A DNA stretch of 52,652 bases from Bradymonadales bacterium. Lineage in GTDB: Bacteria > Myxococcota_A > UBA9042 > PWKZ01. Shown here piece after piece: positions 41,628-50,089 of this stretch. Under the pieces are notes generated by a model. That model saw nothing but the letters and a program-made list of their open reading frames with translations. It did no database searches and was not told the origin of the DNA. Each line of letters starts with the position of its first letter. Within the stretch, counting starts at the first letter, position 1. A program made the position numbers and the translations under genes. Location of the stretch: assembly GCA_003559575.1 (NCBI GenBank), contig PWKZ01000080.1, positions 1 through 52,652 on the forward strand, read 5' to 3'.

Positions 41628-43733
41628 ATGATCCGAAAGATATGGTTGCCCCAGCTCTCGGCGCTTGCTTTGCTGCTCGTCGCCGGCGCCTTCTCCCCGG
41701 TTGCCGCCGGCGATGGACATCCGTTCTCAGTCCACGACATGCTCGCCATGGAGCGCATCTCGGATCCGCGGGTTTCGCCCGACGGGAGCCTGGTGGCGTT
41801 CACGGTTCGCGCGACCGATCTCGAGGCCAACGCGGGGCGCTTCAATATCTATGTTGCGGGCCTCGACGGCCGGGAGGCCAGGCAGCTGACCTCCAACCCG
41901 GCCGCCGACCACAGCGCACGCTTCGCCCCGGACGGGCGCTCGCTGTACTTCTTGTCCGACCGCGGCGGATCCACTCAGGTCTGGCGAATCTCCCTCGAAG
42001 CAGCGGGTGGCGAAGCGACGCAGGTGACCGACCTGCCGCTTGATTTGGAGCATATGATGGTCAGCCCCGATGGCTCCAAGTTGGTGGTCTCCGCGCGAGT
42101 GTTTGCCGACTGCGATTCGCTCGCTTGCACGGCCGCGCGCCTCGCCGAACGCGCGGCGCAGAGCGCCAGCGGGCGCATCTATGAGCGTCTCTTCATCCGT
42201 CACTGGGATGAGTGGAAAGATGGTCGCCGCCGCCAACTCCTGGCGCTGTCGCTGGCGGAGGACGTGCTGGCGGGGGAACGCGCCGTGACGGCCTCGGAGG
42301 CGGTGTTGTTGATGAGCGGGATGGACGCCGACAGCCCCTATATTCCCTGGGGTAGCACGAGTGATCTGGCCTTCACCCCGGATGGCGCGGGGCTCGTGTT
42401 CGCGGCGCGTGACGTGGGCCGCGAAGAGGCCTGGTCGACCAACTTCGACCTGTTTCTGGTGCCGCTCGACGCGAGCAGTCCGCCGCGCAACTTGACCGCC
42501 GATAACCCGGCTTGGGATAAGGCGCCGGTGTTTTCGCCGGACGGCACTCGCCTGGCCTATCTGGCGATGGCGCGCCCCGGCTACGAATCCGACCGCTTGC
42601 GGGTGGTGGTCATGGACTGGCCGTCGGGTGAGCGAAGAACGCTCACCGAGGATTGGGAGCTGAGCCCCGGCAGCATCGCCTGGGCGCCCGACGGCCGGCG
42701 TCTCTACGCCACTGCGTTCAACCGCGGCCAGGTGAGCATTTTTTCGGTTGACGCGCGTCCCGGCCGGACTGCCGGTGAGGTCAAGTTGCTGATCGATCAG
42801 GGAACCAACAGGTCAGTGCGGCCGCATAAGGGGGGGATCCTGTTTACCCGCGACACCCTGGCCGGTCCGGTGGAGCTGTGGACCGCCGACGCCGAGGGGC
42901 GCCGCGAGCGCCGGGTGACCAATTTGAACACCGCCCGGATGGACGCTGTGCGCACCGGGGAGTTCGAGCAGTTCACCTTCGAGGGCGCCGGCGGAAACGA
43001 GGTCTGGGGCTACCTGGTCAAGCCGGTGGATTTCGATCCCGCGCGGCGCTACCCGGTGGCGTTTCTGATCCACGGCGGGCCCCAGGGCTCCTTCGGCAAC
43101 CACTTTCACTATCGCTGGAATCCGCAGGCCTACGCCGGGGCCGGTTACGCGGCGGTGATGATCGACTTTCACGGCTCGGTGGGCTACGGGCAAGAGTTCG
43201 TCGATGCGATTCGTGGGGACTGGGGAGGGGCGCCCTACCGCGATCTGAAGAAGGGGCTCGACGCCGCGCTCGAACGCTACCCGTTCCTGGATGGTGACCG
43301 GGTGGCGGCGCTCGGCGCTTCCTACGGTGGATACATGATCTTCTGGATCGCGGGACAGACCGACCGCTTCCGCTGCTTGGTCGCCCACAACGGCATCATC
43401 GACACTCGGATGGCCTACTTCGACACCGAAGAGCTGTGGTTCCCCGAGTGGGAGCACGAAGGGACCCCGTGGGAAAACCCCGAGGGCTACAGCCGCCACA
43501 ACCCCGTGCTGCACGTGCAGAACTGGACGACTCCGACTCTCGTGGTGCATAGCGCGCACGACTACCGAGTGGCCTTGACCCAGGGGATTGGAGCTTTCAA
43601 TGCGCTCCAACGGCTCGGCGTACCCTCCAGGTTTCTCTACTTCCCCGATGAGAATCATTGGGTGCTGAAACCCGCCAACAGCATCCTCTGGCATGAGACG
43701 GTGCTCGATTGGCTGGATCGCTTTACCGACTGA
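41628..43733 (+). CDS. Secreted S9-family serine peptidase (acylaminoacyl-/dipeptidyl-peptidase type: beta-propeller plus alpha/beta-hydrolase)
   Basis: ATG at 41628 is preceded by GAGGAG. Signal MIRKIWLPQLSALALLLVAGAFSPVAAG. PD40-like FAPDGRSLYFLSDRGGSTQVW. Catalytic blocks HGGPQG, GASYGGYM (GxSxGG), HSAHDYRV and DENHWV. Confidence 0.85.
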   Translation: MIRKIWLPQLSALALLLVAGAFSPVAAGDGHPFSVHDMLAMERISDPRVSPDGSLVAFTVRATDLEANAGRFNIYVAGLDGREARQLTSNPAADHSARFAPDGRSLYFLSDRGGSTQVWRISLEAAGGEATQVTDLPLDLEHMMVSPDGSKLVVSARVFADCDSLACTAARLAERAAQSASGRIYERLFIRHWDEWKDGRRRQLLALSLAEDVLAGERAVTASEAVLLMSGMDADSPYIPWGSTSDLAFTPDGAGLVFAARDVGREEAWSTNFDLFLVPLDASSPPRNLTADNPAWDKAPVFSPDGTRLAYLAMARPGYESDRLRVVVMDWPSGERRTLTEDWELSPGSIAWAPDGRRLYATAFNRGQVSIFSVDARPGRTAGEVKLLIDQGTNRSVRPHKGGILFTRDTLAGPVELWTADAEGRRERRVTNLNTARMDAVRTGEFEQFTFEGAGGNEVWGYLVKPVDFDPARRYPVAFLIHGGPQGSFGNHFHYRWNPQAYAGAGYAAVMIDFHGSVGYGQEFVDAIRGDWGGAPYRDLKKGLDAALERYPFLDGDRVAALGASYGGYMIFWIAGQTDRFRCLVAHNGIIDTRMAYFDTEELWFPEWEHEGTPWENPEGYSRHNPVLHVQNWTTPTLVVHSAHDYRVALTQGIGAFNALQRLGVPSRFLYFPDENHWVLKPANSILWHETVLDWLDRFTD

Positions 43734-43744
43734 TTTTCGGAGAT

Positions 43745-45223
43745 CTAATCACCGACCACTCCGATTTGCGCCGCGGTCTGGCTCGTGTCGCCCCGCGCCG
43801 CCGGCCAGCCGCCCGCGGCGAGCGCACCTACGTCGATCTCAAAGGCCGCCACCGCGCCGTCCCTGAATCCCACCGTCAAACCGCCGCCCGGCAGCGGCAG
43901 AATGTCGCCGCCGAAGCTCTCGGTGGGGGTCAGTTGCCAGAGGGGCTCAAGTGGTTCCGGGGCGGTGGAGTCCAGGCGATAGGCCGCCATCTCACCGTCG
44001 TTGGCGGCCAGCAAGATTTGGTCGCCGAGCCAGACGGGAGAAAGCGCGCTCCCCGCGGCGAAGATCTCGCGCGACCACTGCCGCTCATAGTGGCCGGGCC
44101 GAACGGAGAGCGCCACCAACGCGCCGGCGTTCGTCAGCGCAAAGACCGTCCCTTTGGAGGTCGCCACCAAACCGGCCACCGGACCTCCGAGAGGGAAACT
44201 CGCCGTCAGTACACCGGCTACCTCTTCATCGCGCACGATCATCAGGTCGTGATTCGCGGTGACGAGGAAGAGGTAGTCATCGAACAGCGCCGGTGCGATA
44301 CCCGCCAGTGGAGCAGCGTCGCTCTCCAGCGACCATTCGGTCAGGCCTGGGCGCGGCGATTCGCGCGCGATGGACACGGCGTGGATCCCTCCGGCGTCGT
44401 CGACCACATATAACCTCTCTCCGTACGTCTCTCCCGCAACCGGCGCCGTGAGGCTCACCCCGGCCGCGAACGACGGCCCGAGCGCGCTCGGCGCGAGGTC
44501 CTCGTCGAGCAAATGGACCGCCCCGTCGCGCTCAACCGCCACAAGGCGCAGGTCTCCCAAAAGCACCGGCGGAACGGCGACGGCCAATTCCACCTCGTGG
44601 CGACTCCGCCCGTCGTTGACGTCGATCAGCACCAGGTGTGTCTTGGTGGCGACGACGGCGCCTCCGTCCGGGCGCAGCACGGGGGCGAGTGGGGTTTCGC
44701 CGGGGCCCACCTCCTTCTCCCAGCGCAGCTCGCCGGAGGACTCGAGGCCGGCTGTATAAATCACCCGCACGCGCTCGGTGCCCGCCGGACGCGAGGTGTT
44801 GACTACGACGGCCGGTGCGTCGGCCCGTGGTTCGGCAAAGGTCGCCAGCCGGGGCGGTGTCAGGCTCTCGAGCGCAAAGCGCCACCGCAGGCAGTCTGGC
44901 TCTTGTGACAGGTCGCGCCCCCCCCAGGCGGGGCAACAGCCGTCGCCTTTGGAGGTGGGGTTGTCGGGGGAGCAGGTGGTGGGCGAGGACTCTCCACCGG
45001 AGGTCTCCGTCGAACCATACGGCGCCTTGGCGTCTTCGAGGTCGCCTGGGAGGGGGTGTTTGAAACAGTAGCCGTGATGACAAAAGCGATAGCCGGCGCT
45101 CAAATCGCAGTCGGCCGCCACCCGGCAGCGTGGTGCCGTCACTTCACCGATACAGCCGCTCAAGAACAGGATGACCGCCGGCCACATGACCGCTCGCGAA
45201 AGCCACGGTGTGCGGCGATTCAT
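43745..45223 (-). CDS. Lipoprotein with a PQQ/BamB-like beta-propeller repeat region
   Basis: ATG at 45223 overlaps the upstream stop as ATGA. N-terminus MNRRTPWLSRAVMWPAVILFLSGC (lipobox). Short Cys-rich segment CRVAADCDLSAGYRFCHHGYC. The remainder shows repeated G..hh.hD..G pattern blocks. Propeller assignment is tentative. Confidence 0.5.
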   Translation of the reverse strand: MNRRTPWLSRAVMWPAVILFLSGCIGEVTAPRCRVAADCDLSAGYRFCHHGYCFKHPLPGDLEDAKAPYGSTETSGGESSPTTCSPDNPTSKGDGCCPAWGGRDLSQEPDCLRWRFALESLTPPRLATFAEPRADAPAVVVNTSRPAGTERVRVIYTAGLESSGELRWEKEVGPGETPLAPVLRPDGGAVVATKTHLVLIDVNDGRSRHEVELAVAVPPVLLGDLRLVAVERDGAVHLLDEDLAPSALGPSFAAGVSLTAPVAGETYGERLYVVDDAGGIHAVSIARESPRPGLTEWSLESDAAPLAGIAPALFDDYLFLVTANHDLMIVRDEEVAGVLTASFPLGGPVAGLVATSKGTVFALTNAGALVALSVRPGHYERQWSREIFAAGSALSPVWLGDQILLAANDGEMAAYRLDSTAPEPLEPLWQLTPTESFGGDILPLPGGGLTVGFRDGAVAAFEIDVGALAAGGWPAARGDTSQTAAQIGVVGD

Positions 45224-47034
45224 TGGCGGCAGAGTTTTTCTCCGTAGTGGCGTGAACACCAGCGGCTCCAGTAGAAGAACGCGTCAGCGCGGCTCCACCC
45301 CTCGCTGCCCGGATCCCGGCCGGACAGCCGACTGAGGTCGCGACGGGCATTGTAGCTCACAAACGGCTGCTCGTCGCGCACGGCGGCCAACAACCGTCGG
45401 ATCTCGGCGGTTCGCCCTCGCCCCCGGAAGTGGCCGGCGGCCTCGAAGCCGGCTTCGATCCACCGGCGGCGAGGCGCGCGGCCGTTTGTGCGCCACCACT
45501 CGCGCCAGCTCTCCGCGGCGAACTCATCATCCTGCTCGAAGGCGTGATTGGTGAGATTTCGCAGCGCCCGGCGCAGCTCGGCCGGCGAGGCCGACGGGCT
45601 GGCGCCGGCGCCCTTCGTCGCGCGGGTCAACGCCGTGATGAGTGGCCGCACCACACCCCCGCGCTCACTGCGCCCCAGCAGATAGGCGGCTCGCATGCCC
45701 ACTGTGCTCTCGGGCAAATTCACCGGGGCCGGTCGCTGGGTCGGACGATCGTCATAGAGCTCCTGGATCAGCGCGCGCGCCGCCGCCGCGCCGCCGATTC
45801 GAGACAGGGCCTCGAGTAGCTCGTGGCGCTGCTGAGCGCTCCTCTCTCGCTGAAGGGCCGCGGCAATGGCCGGGACCGCGGTGCGGGTTCGTAACCGGCC
45901 GAGCGCCTCGGCGCTCGCGCGGCGCACCCCCTCGGCGGGGTCTCCAAGAAGGCGGATGAGCGCGCGGTCGCGTTCGGTGCTCTGCCCCAACCCAGCGACT
46001 CGATCAGGGTCGAGTAACGCGAGGATCTGGGCCGCTCCGGCGCGGTGGCCGGGATCTTCGGACCGGAGGAGCCGCGCGAGTTGCGCGACCCGTTTGGCAA
46101 AGTCGGCGCCCGGATCCGGGGCGCCGGAGCGCGGGATCCCGATGTTGCGGCAGCCCTCGAGAAGATCCTCGGTGGGGCAGTGGATGCGGATATGAAGGTG
46201 GTTGTCGTGGGGGGACGAGCCACGCGGCTGGTGCATCAGCAGTGCTGCCCGCATGAGGTCGCCCGGCGAAGCCCCGTGCTCTCTGCCATGATCCAACAGT
46301 GCGTCGCTGATGTGGCGTGCGACGAACAGCCATTGCACCGTCGCGCGCGGGTGTGCCACGAGCGCCTGGACAGCGCTCCAGGTGCGCGGGACGTCCAGGT
46401 GGCAGTCGGCCAGCTCGACACACCGCAGCTCGGAGTCGATTTGCACGAAATGCTCCGGTGTGATCTGGCGTCCTTGGCTGTCGCTGAGATAGAAGCCGAT
46501 GTCCGCATCGAGCCCGTTGCGGTGCGAGACGCTCCAGGGGAGTCGGCCGCCCCCCGGTCGCGCGAGGTTGCCCACGTGCAGCACGGCCCCCGGATGTTGC
46601 CTCGCGACGAAAGCGGCCGAGTCGGTGAGGAGCTGCACCAGCTCGTCGGTTCCAAAATTGGTTCGTCGCGGTAGGACGGCGGCCAGAATCTCGTGATGGG
46701 GGCCCAGCGGAGGCAGCTCGACGCCGTCGATCAGCACCCCGTCGACGGCGGATCCGACCGCGATGGTGCCGTGATCCGGGAAGTTGAGCCGGGGGTGAGC
46801 GCGCCGGACGAGAGGCATGGGTGGCTGGAGAACGCGAGGTTCAATGGTCAGCCGGTCGCGCCGTGTCGGGATCTCGCTCGGCGCGCGGGGTCGTTCAGCA
46901 CAGCAGTGGGGCGCCTCGGGGGCCGGGGCGTCGGGCCGACACGCGATCGTCGCGCAGGCGGCGGTGGCCACGGCCGGCAGCAGGGCTGCGAGGAAGCGCA
47001 GCGGCCCAAGCTTGAATGCGTTTCTACCGTGCAC
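45220..47034 (-). CDS. Penicillin-insensitive murein endopeptidase (MepA/M74-like) domain fused to C-terminal HEAT repeats
   Basis: WSVSHRNGLDADIGFYL and SSPHDNHLHIRIHCP match the M74 zinc-ligand blocks (H.SH..GLD.D and H..H.H.R). The C-terminal half has HEAT repeats (HRAGAAQILALLDPDR, GVRRASAEALGRLRTRTAVPAIAAAL). The start is uncertain. GTG at 47034 gives VHGRNAFKLGPLRFLAALLPAVATAAC, a signal-like N-terminus. The track ORF extends to 47373. Confidence 0.65.
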   Translation of the reverse strand: MHGRNAFKLGPLRFLAALLPAVATAACATIACRPDAPAPEAPHCCAERPRAPSEIPTRRDRLTIEPRVLQPPMPLVRRAHPRLNFPDHGTIAVGSAVDGVLIDGVELPPLGPHHEILAAVLPRRTNFGTDELVQLLTDSAAFVARQHPGAVLHVGNLARPGGGRLPWSVSHRNGLDADIGFYLSDSQGRQITPEHFVQIDSELRCVELADCHLDVPRTWSAVQALVAHPRATVQWLFVARHISDALLDHGREHGASPGDLMRAALLMHQPRGSSPHDNHLHIRIHCPTEDLLEGCRNIGIPRSGAPDPGADFAKRVAQLARLLRSEDPGHRAGAAQILALLDPDRVAGLGQSTERDRALIRLLGDPAEGVRRASAEALGRLRTRTAVPAIAAALQRERSAQQRHELLEALSRIGGAAAARALIQELYDDRPTQRPAPVNLPESTVGMRAAYLLGRSERGGVVRPLITALTRATKGAGASPSASPAELRRALRNLTNHAFEQDDEFAAESWREWWRTNGRAPRRRWIEAGFEAAGHFRGRGRTAEIRRLLAAVRDEQPFVSYNARRDLSRLSGRDPGSEGWSRADAFFYWSRWCSRHYGEKLCRQ

Positions 47035-47359
47035 GACGATCAGGCTTCCTCGGTTGACTGCGGTCTTAACGAACTCGAACAAATTTCGACGTCGCGACGC
47101 CGCGCTCGCTCTCGCGATCAAAATAAGCGAAACGCGCCCCCGAGGTCCAACTGTTGTGCGTGGTGCTTTGTGCGCGGTACTCTCTCTATCTCCGGGGGGT
47201 TTCATTCGGTGTGGCCGCCTTGTTTTGGAGGAACCGATGGACCACGAGATCGTGACTTGTACCTTGGCGGCGTTTTTTGCGTGCGAAGCGGTCCCGCGTG
47301 GGACGAGGCCGGTCTGCACCACCATTCCCTGATCTCCGTGCTTTTGGGAGGCCTTTCTC

Positions 47360-47902
47360 GTGACTGCCCGCAAGACTTATTATGGAGTGCGCGTCTCCAA
47401 AGAGTATTTGAACTTCGGCGCGGCTCACTTCCTGCTATTCGCCGACGGCAGCCGCGAGGCGTTGCACGGCCACAACTACCGGGTCGCGGTGACCCTTCAA
47501 GGGGCGCTCGACCAGGGCGGTGTGGTGGTGGATTTCCTGGTGCTCAAGCCGCTCGTCAAGGCGATCTGTGAGCGGCTCGATCACCGCACGTTGCTGCCCG
47601 GGGCGAGCTCCGCGGTCCAGATAGTGGAACGAGACGGTGAAGTCGAGGTCCGCCATCGCCGGCAACGTTTCGTCTTCCCCAGCAGCGACGCGCTAGTGCT
47701 GCCGCTCGAGAACATCTCGGCCGAACACCTCGCCCGATACATCGCCGATCATCTGCTTCGGGCGCTCAGCGAACATTGCTCGGGCGCGCGGCTGGAGATG
47801 ATTGAGGTCGAAGTGGAGGAGACCCCGGGTCAGGTGGCGTTCGTGCGGCGCCACGATTTTGATCCGGCGCCATGTCCGCGCAAAGGGGGAGGGGCACAGT
47901 GA
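47360..47902 (+). CDS. queD: 6-carboxytetrahydropterin / 6-pyruvoyl-tetrahydropterin synthase family protein (QueD-like)
   Basis: GTG start preceded by GGGAGG. AAHFLLF....EALHGHNYRVAVTLQG.....GVVVDFLVLKPLVKAICERLDHRTLLP is the PTPS/QueD signature. No other queuosine genes are in the window, so the symbol is tentative. Confidence 0.75.
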   Translation: MTARKTYYGVRVSKEYLNFGAAHFLLFADGSREALHGHNYRVAVTLQGALDQGGVVVDFLVLKPLVKAICERLDHRTLLPGASSAVQIVERDGEVEVRHRRQRFVFPSSDALVLPLENISAEHLARYIADHLLRALSEHCSGARLEMIEVEVEETPGQVAFVRRHDFDPAPCPRKGGGAQ

Positions 47903-47904
47903 TG

Positions 47905-48082
47905 CCGGTAATCGCCGGTTCGTTCTGAGGAGCGAGCGAGTGGAGGCGCGTTCATGTGCAAGGAAACAAGCCGAATTAGGCGCAGTCGTAGCAGCGCTAC
48001 GGCGAGCGCTAATTCGGTGCAGGTGACGCCGCAGATGTGCGTGAATCCGTCCGCGAATCCCTGGATGGGCCGGCGATTATGG
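47905..48082 (+). repeat. Palindromic intergenic repeat, subfamily 1, copy B (full length, 178 bp)
   Basis: Left terminus CCGGTAATCGCCGG (47905-47918) and right terminus CCGGCGATTATGG (48070-48082). The interior is nearly identical to copies A and C. Confidence 0.9.
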
Positions 48083-50089
48083 ACGACGGCACGCGCCTGG
48101 GGGCTCGTGGTTCTCCTGGCCTCTTGGGGGCTGTATCTCGTGACGTTGGCCCCGGGGGTGTTTTGGCTCGACAGCGGCGAGCTGGTGGCGTCCGCCCACA
48201 CCCTCGGGATCCCGCATCCGCCGGGCCATCCGGTTTATCTCATTCTGGCCAAGTTGGCCTCGCTGGTGCCCATCGCGAGCGTGCCCGTTCGGGTGGGGCT
48301 GCTATCGGCAGTGTTCGGCAGCGCAGTCGCGCTCTTGCTCTACGCGCTCGTGTTGTGGGTTTGGCGCGGGCGCGATGACTCTTGCGATCTCCTGCTGGCG
48401 CCGTCGGCAGCGTTGGGGGCGCTGGTGTTCACCGCCAGCCCGGCGCTGTGGTTCCAATCCATTCGGAGCGAGGTCTATACCCTCAACCTGGCGCTGATTT
48501 TGATTCCAACGCTCCTCTTGGTGCGGCTCCACGGCGCGACACCGGCGCCCGCGGCCTGCAAAAAACGCAATGGACAAGCTCTTGGTGCCGGAAATGTGGC
48601 CGTTGCCGTGTTTCTGGTGGGCCTTGGGCTCGGCAATCATCATTTGTTGGTCCTGCTGAGTCTCCCGGCGCTGGCGTGGCTGGCGCTCTCGCTCCCCTCC
48701 TTCAGGGCACGCCTGACCCTCGGGAGGTTCGCGCTGCTGTTCATGGTAGGGGTCGTGGCGCTCGCGCCTTATGCCGTCCTGCCTTTGCGCGCGCGCCTCC
48801 TGCCGGCGATGCACTGGGGTGACGCGAGTACTTTGGCAGGGTTCTTCGATCTGGTCAGCGCGCGGGTCTTCCACGGCGCCGTCGACCCGGCCACGCGCGC
48901 CTCGCTGGGGGCCAATCTGCTGGTGGCGCTGGAATTGTTCATGCGGCAGTTGACGGCCCCGGTTGTTCTGGCGGGGGTGGTGGGGTTGGTGTTGCTGGCG
49001 CGCCGCCGGCCTCTGCCGGCTGTGGGGTTGTTGCTGCTCCTGTTCGGCAGCTTGCTCTCCAAAGTGATGATGTTTTTGGATCCCGACAATCCAGACGATC
49101 ACGGCTATTTCTCGGCGGCGCTGGGGATGTTGGCGCTCGCCGCCGCCGTCGCCGTCGGCGCGGCGGCCGCTGCGCTGGCCCGGCGGTGGCCGGCGGCGAA
49201 GGGCGCCTTGGCGTTGGGCTGCGGCGCTTTGGCCCTCGGAGCGATGACAGTTCAGGTGACGAGAAATGTCGAGTCAAGCTCGTTGATGCGGTTTCGATCT
49301 CCCGACGTGGTGCTCGACGCGACGCTCGAGGGTGTCCCGCCGCGGACCGTGCTGATGCCCTATTATTACGCGCTGCATTTCACTTTGCAGTACGCTCAAC
49401 TGGTCGAAGAGCGGCGCCCCGACGTGGCGCTCGTCCACCAGACATTCATGGCCCATATCGACGGGGGGGAACCCTACCTGCGCCGGCTCGAGACGGCCCA
49501 TCCACGCCTAGGTAATCTGGCCGAGGCGTTTCGCCGCGAAGCCGCTGTGCCCACGAAGGCGGTGTTGGCGCAATCCAAGGAGCGGCCCGTCTACCTGGAG
49601 CCGTTTCGCGAGCGGGTCGTGCCGGCCGAAAACTTGGAGCCCCTCGGGATGCTGGCGCGCGTCCGGTTCGATCCGGCCGCGCTGCCCCAGGCCGGCAGCG
49701 AGGCCGAACGTGCCCAAAGCGCTTGGCGTGTGGCTTACTGGACCGAACTCGAGCGGCGCCTGGGGCACGAGCGGGTCCGTTACCCACACACCGGCGCGTT
49801 ACTGCTGTGGTACACCTATTTGGAGGCTCATCTGTTGTATGAGCGCGGCGAATATGAGGCCGCGCGGGAGGCGGTTCGGCGAGGGCTCTCGTGGCACCCC
49901 GACTCGCCGCGGCTCCGGCGACTGGAGACTCGACTCTTGACGACCGAGGGCCGCGCTTGTATCGAGGGGGGGGCGAGAGGTGAGCCTCTCGTCCGCTCCT
50001 TTGTCGATGCCGCAGCCGTTCATGGGAAAGCGAAGCTCGCATGGCCGATCCGACGACTGACAAGCAAACCGCCGAACCGCCCCTCGTGA
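48065..50089 (+). CDS. DUF2723 (TMEM260-type GT-C) polytopic membrane protein with a C-terminal TPR-like region
   Basis: LAPGVFWLDSGELVASAHTLGIPHPPGHPVYLIL is the hallmark DUF2723 N-terminal loop. At least 10 TM segments. C-terminal YERGEYEAAREAVRRGLSWHP is TPR-like. The track start at 47954 lies in the repeat, so I place the start at ATG 48065 (MGRRLWTTARAWGLVVLL), which is itself inside the repeat terminus. Confidence 0.75.
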   Translation: MGRRLWTTARAWGLVVLLASWGLYLVTLAPGVFWLDSGELVASAHTLGIPHPPGHPVYLILAKLASLVPIASVPVRVGLLSAVFGSAVALLLYALVLWVWRGRDDSCDLLLAPSAALGALVFTASPALWFQSIRSEVYTLNLALILIPTLLLVRLHGATPAPAACKKRNGQALGAGNVAVAVFLVGLGLGNHHLLVLLSLPALAWLALSLPSFRARLTLGRFALLFMVGVVALAPYAVLPLRARLLPAMHWGDASTLAGFFDLVSARVFHGAVDPATRASLGANLLVALELFMRQLTAPVVLAGVVGLVLLARRRPLPAVGLLLLLFGSLLSKVMMFLDPDNPDDHGYFSAALGMLALAAAVAVGAAAAALARRWPAAKGALALGCGALALGAMTVQVTRNVESSSLMRFRSPDVVLDATLEGVPPRTVLMPYYYALHFTLQYAQLVEERRPDVALVHQTFMAHIDGGEPYLRRLETAHPRLGNLAEAFRREAAVPTKAVLAQSKERPVYLEPFRERVVPAENLEPLGMLARVRFDPAALPQAGSEAERAQSAWRVAYWTELERRLGHERVRYPHTGALLLWYTYLEAHLLYERGEYEAAREAVRRGLSWHPDSPRLRRLETRLLTTEGRACIEGGARGEPLVRSFVDAAAVHGKAKLAWPIRRLTSKPPNRPS

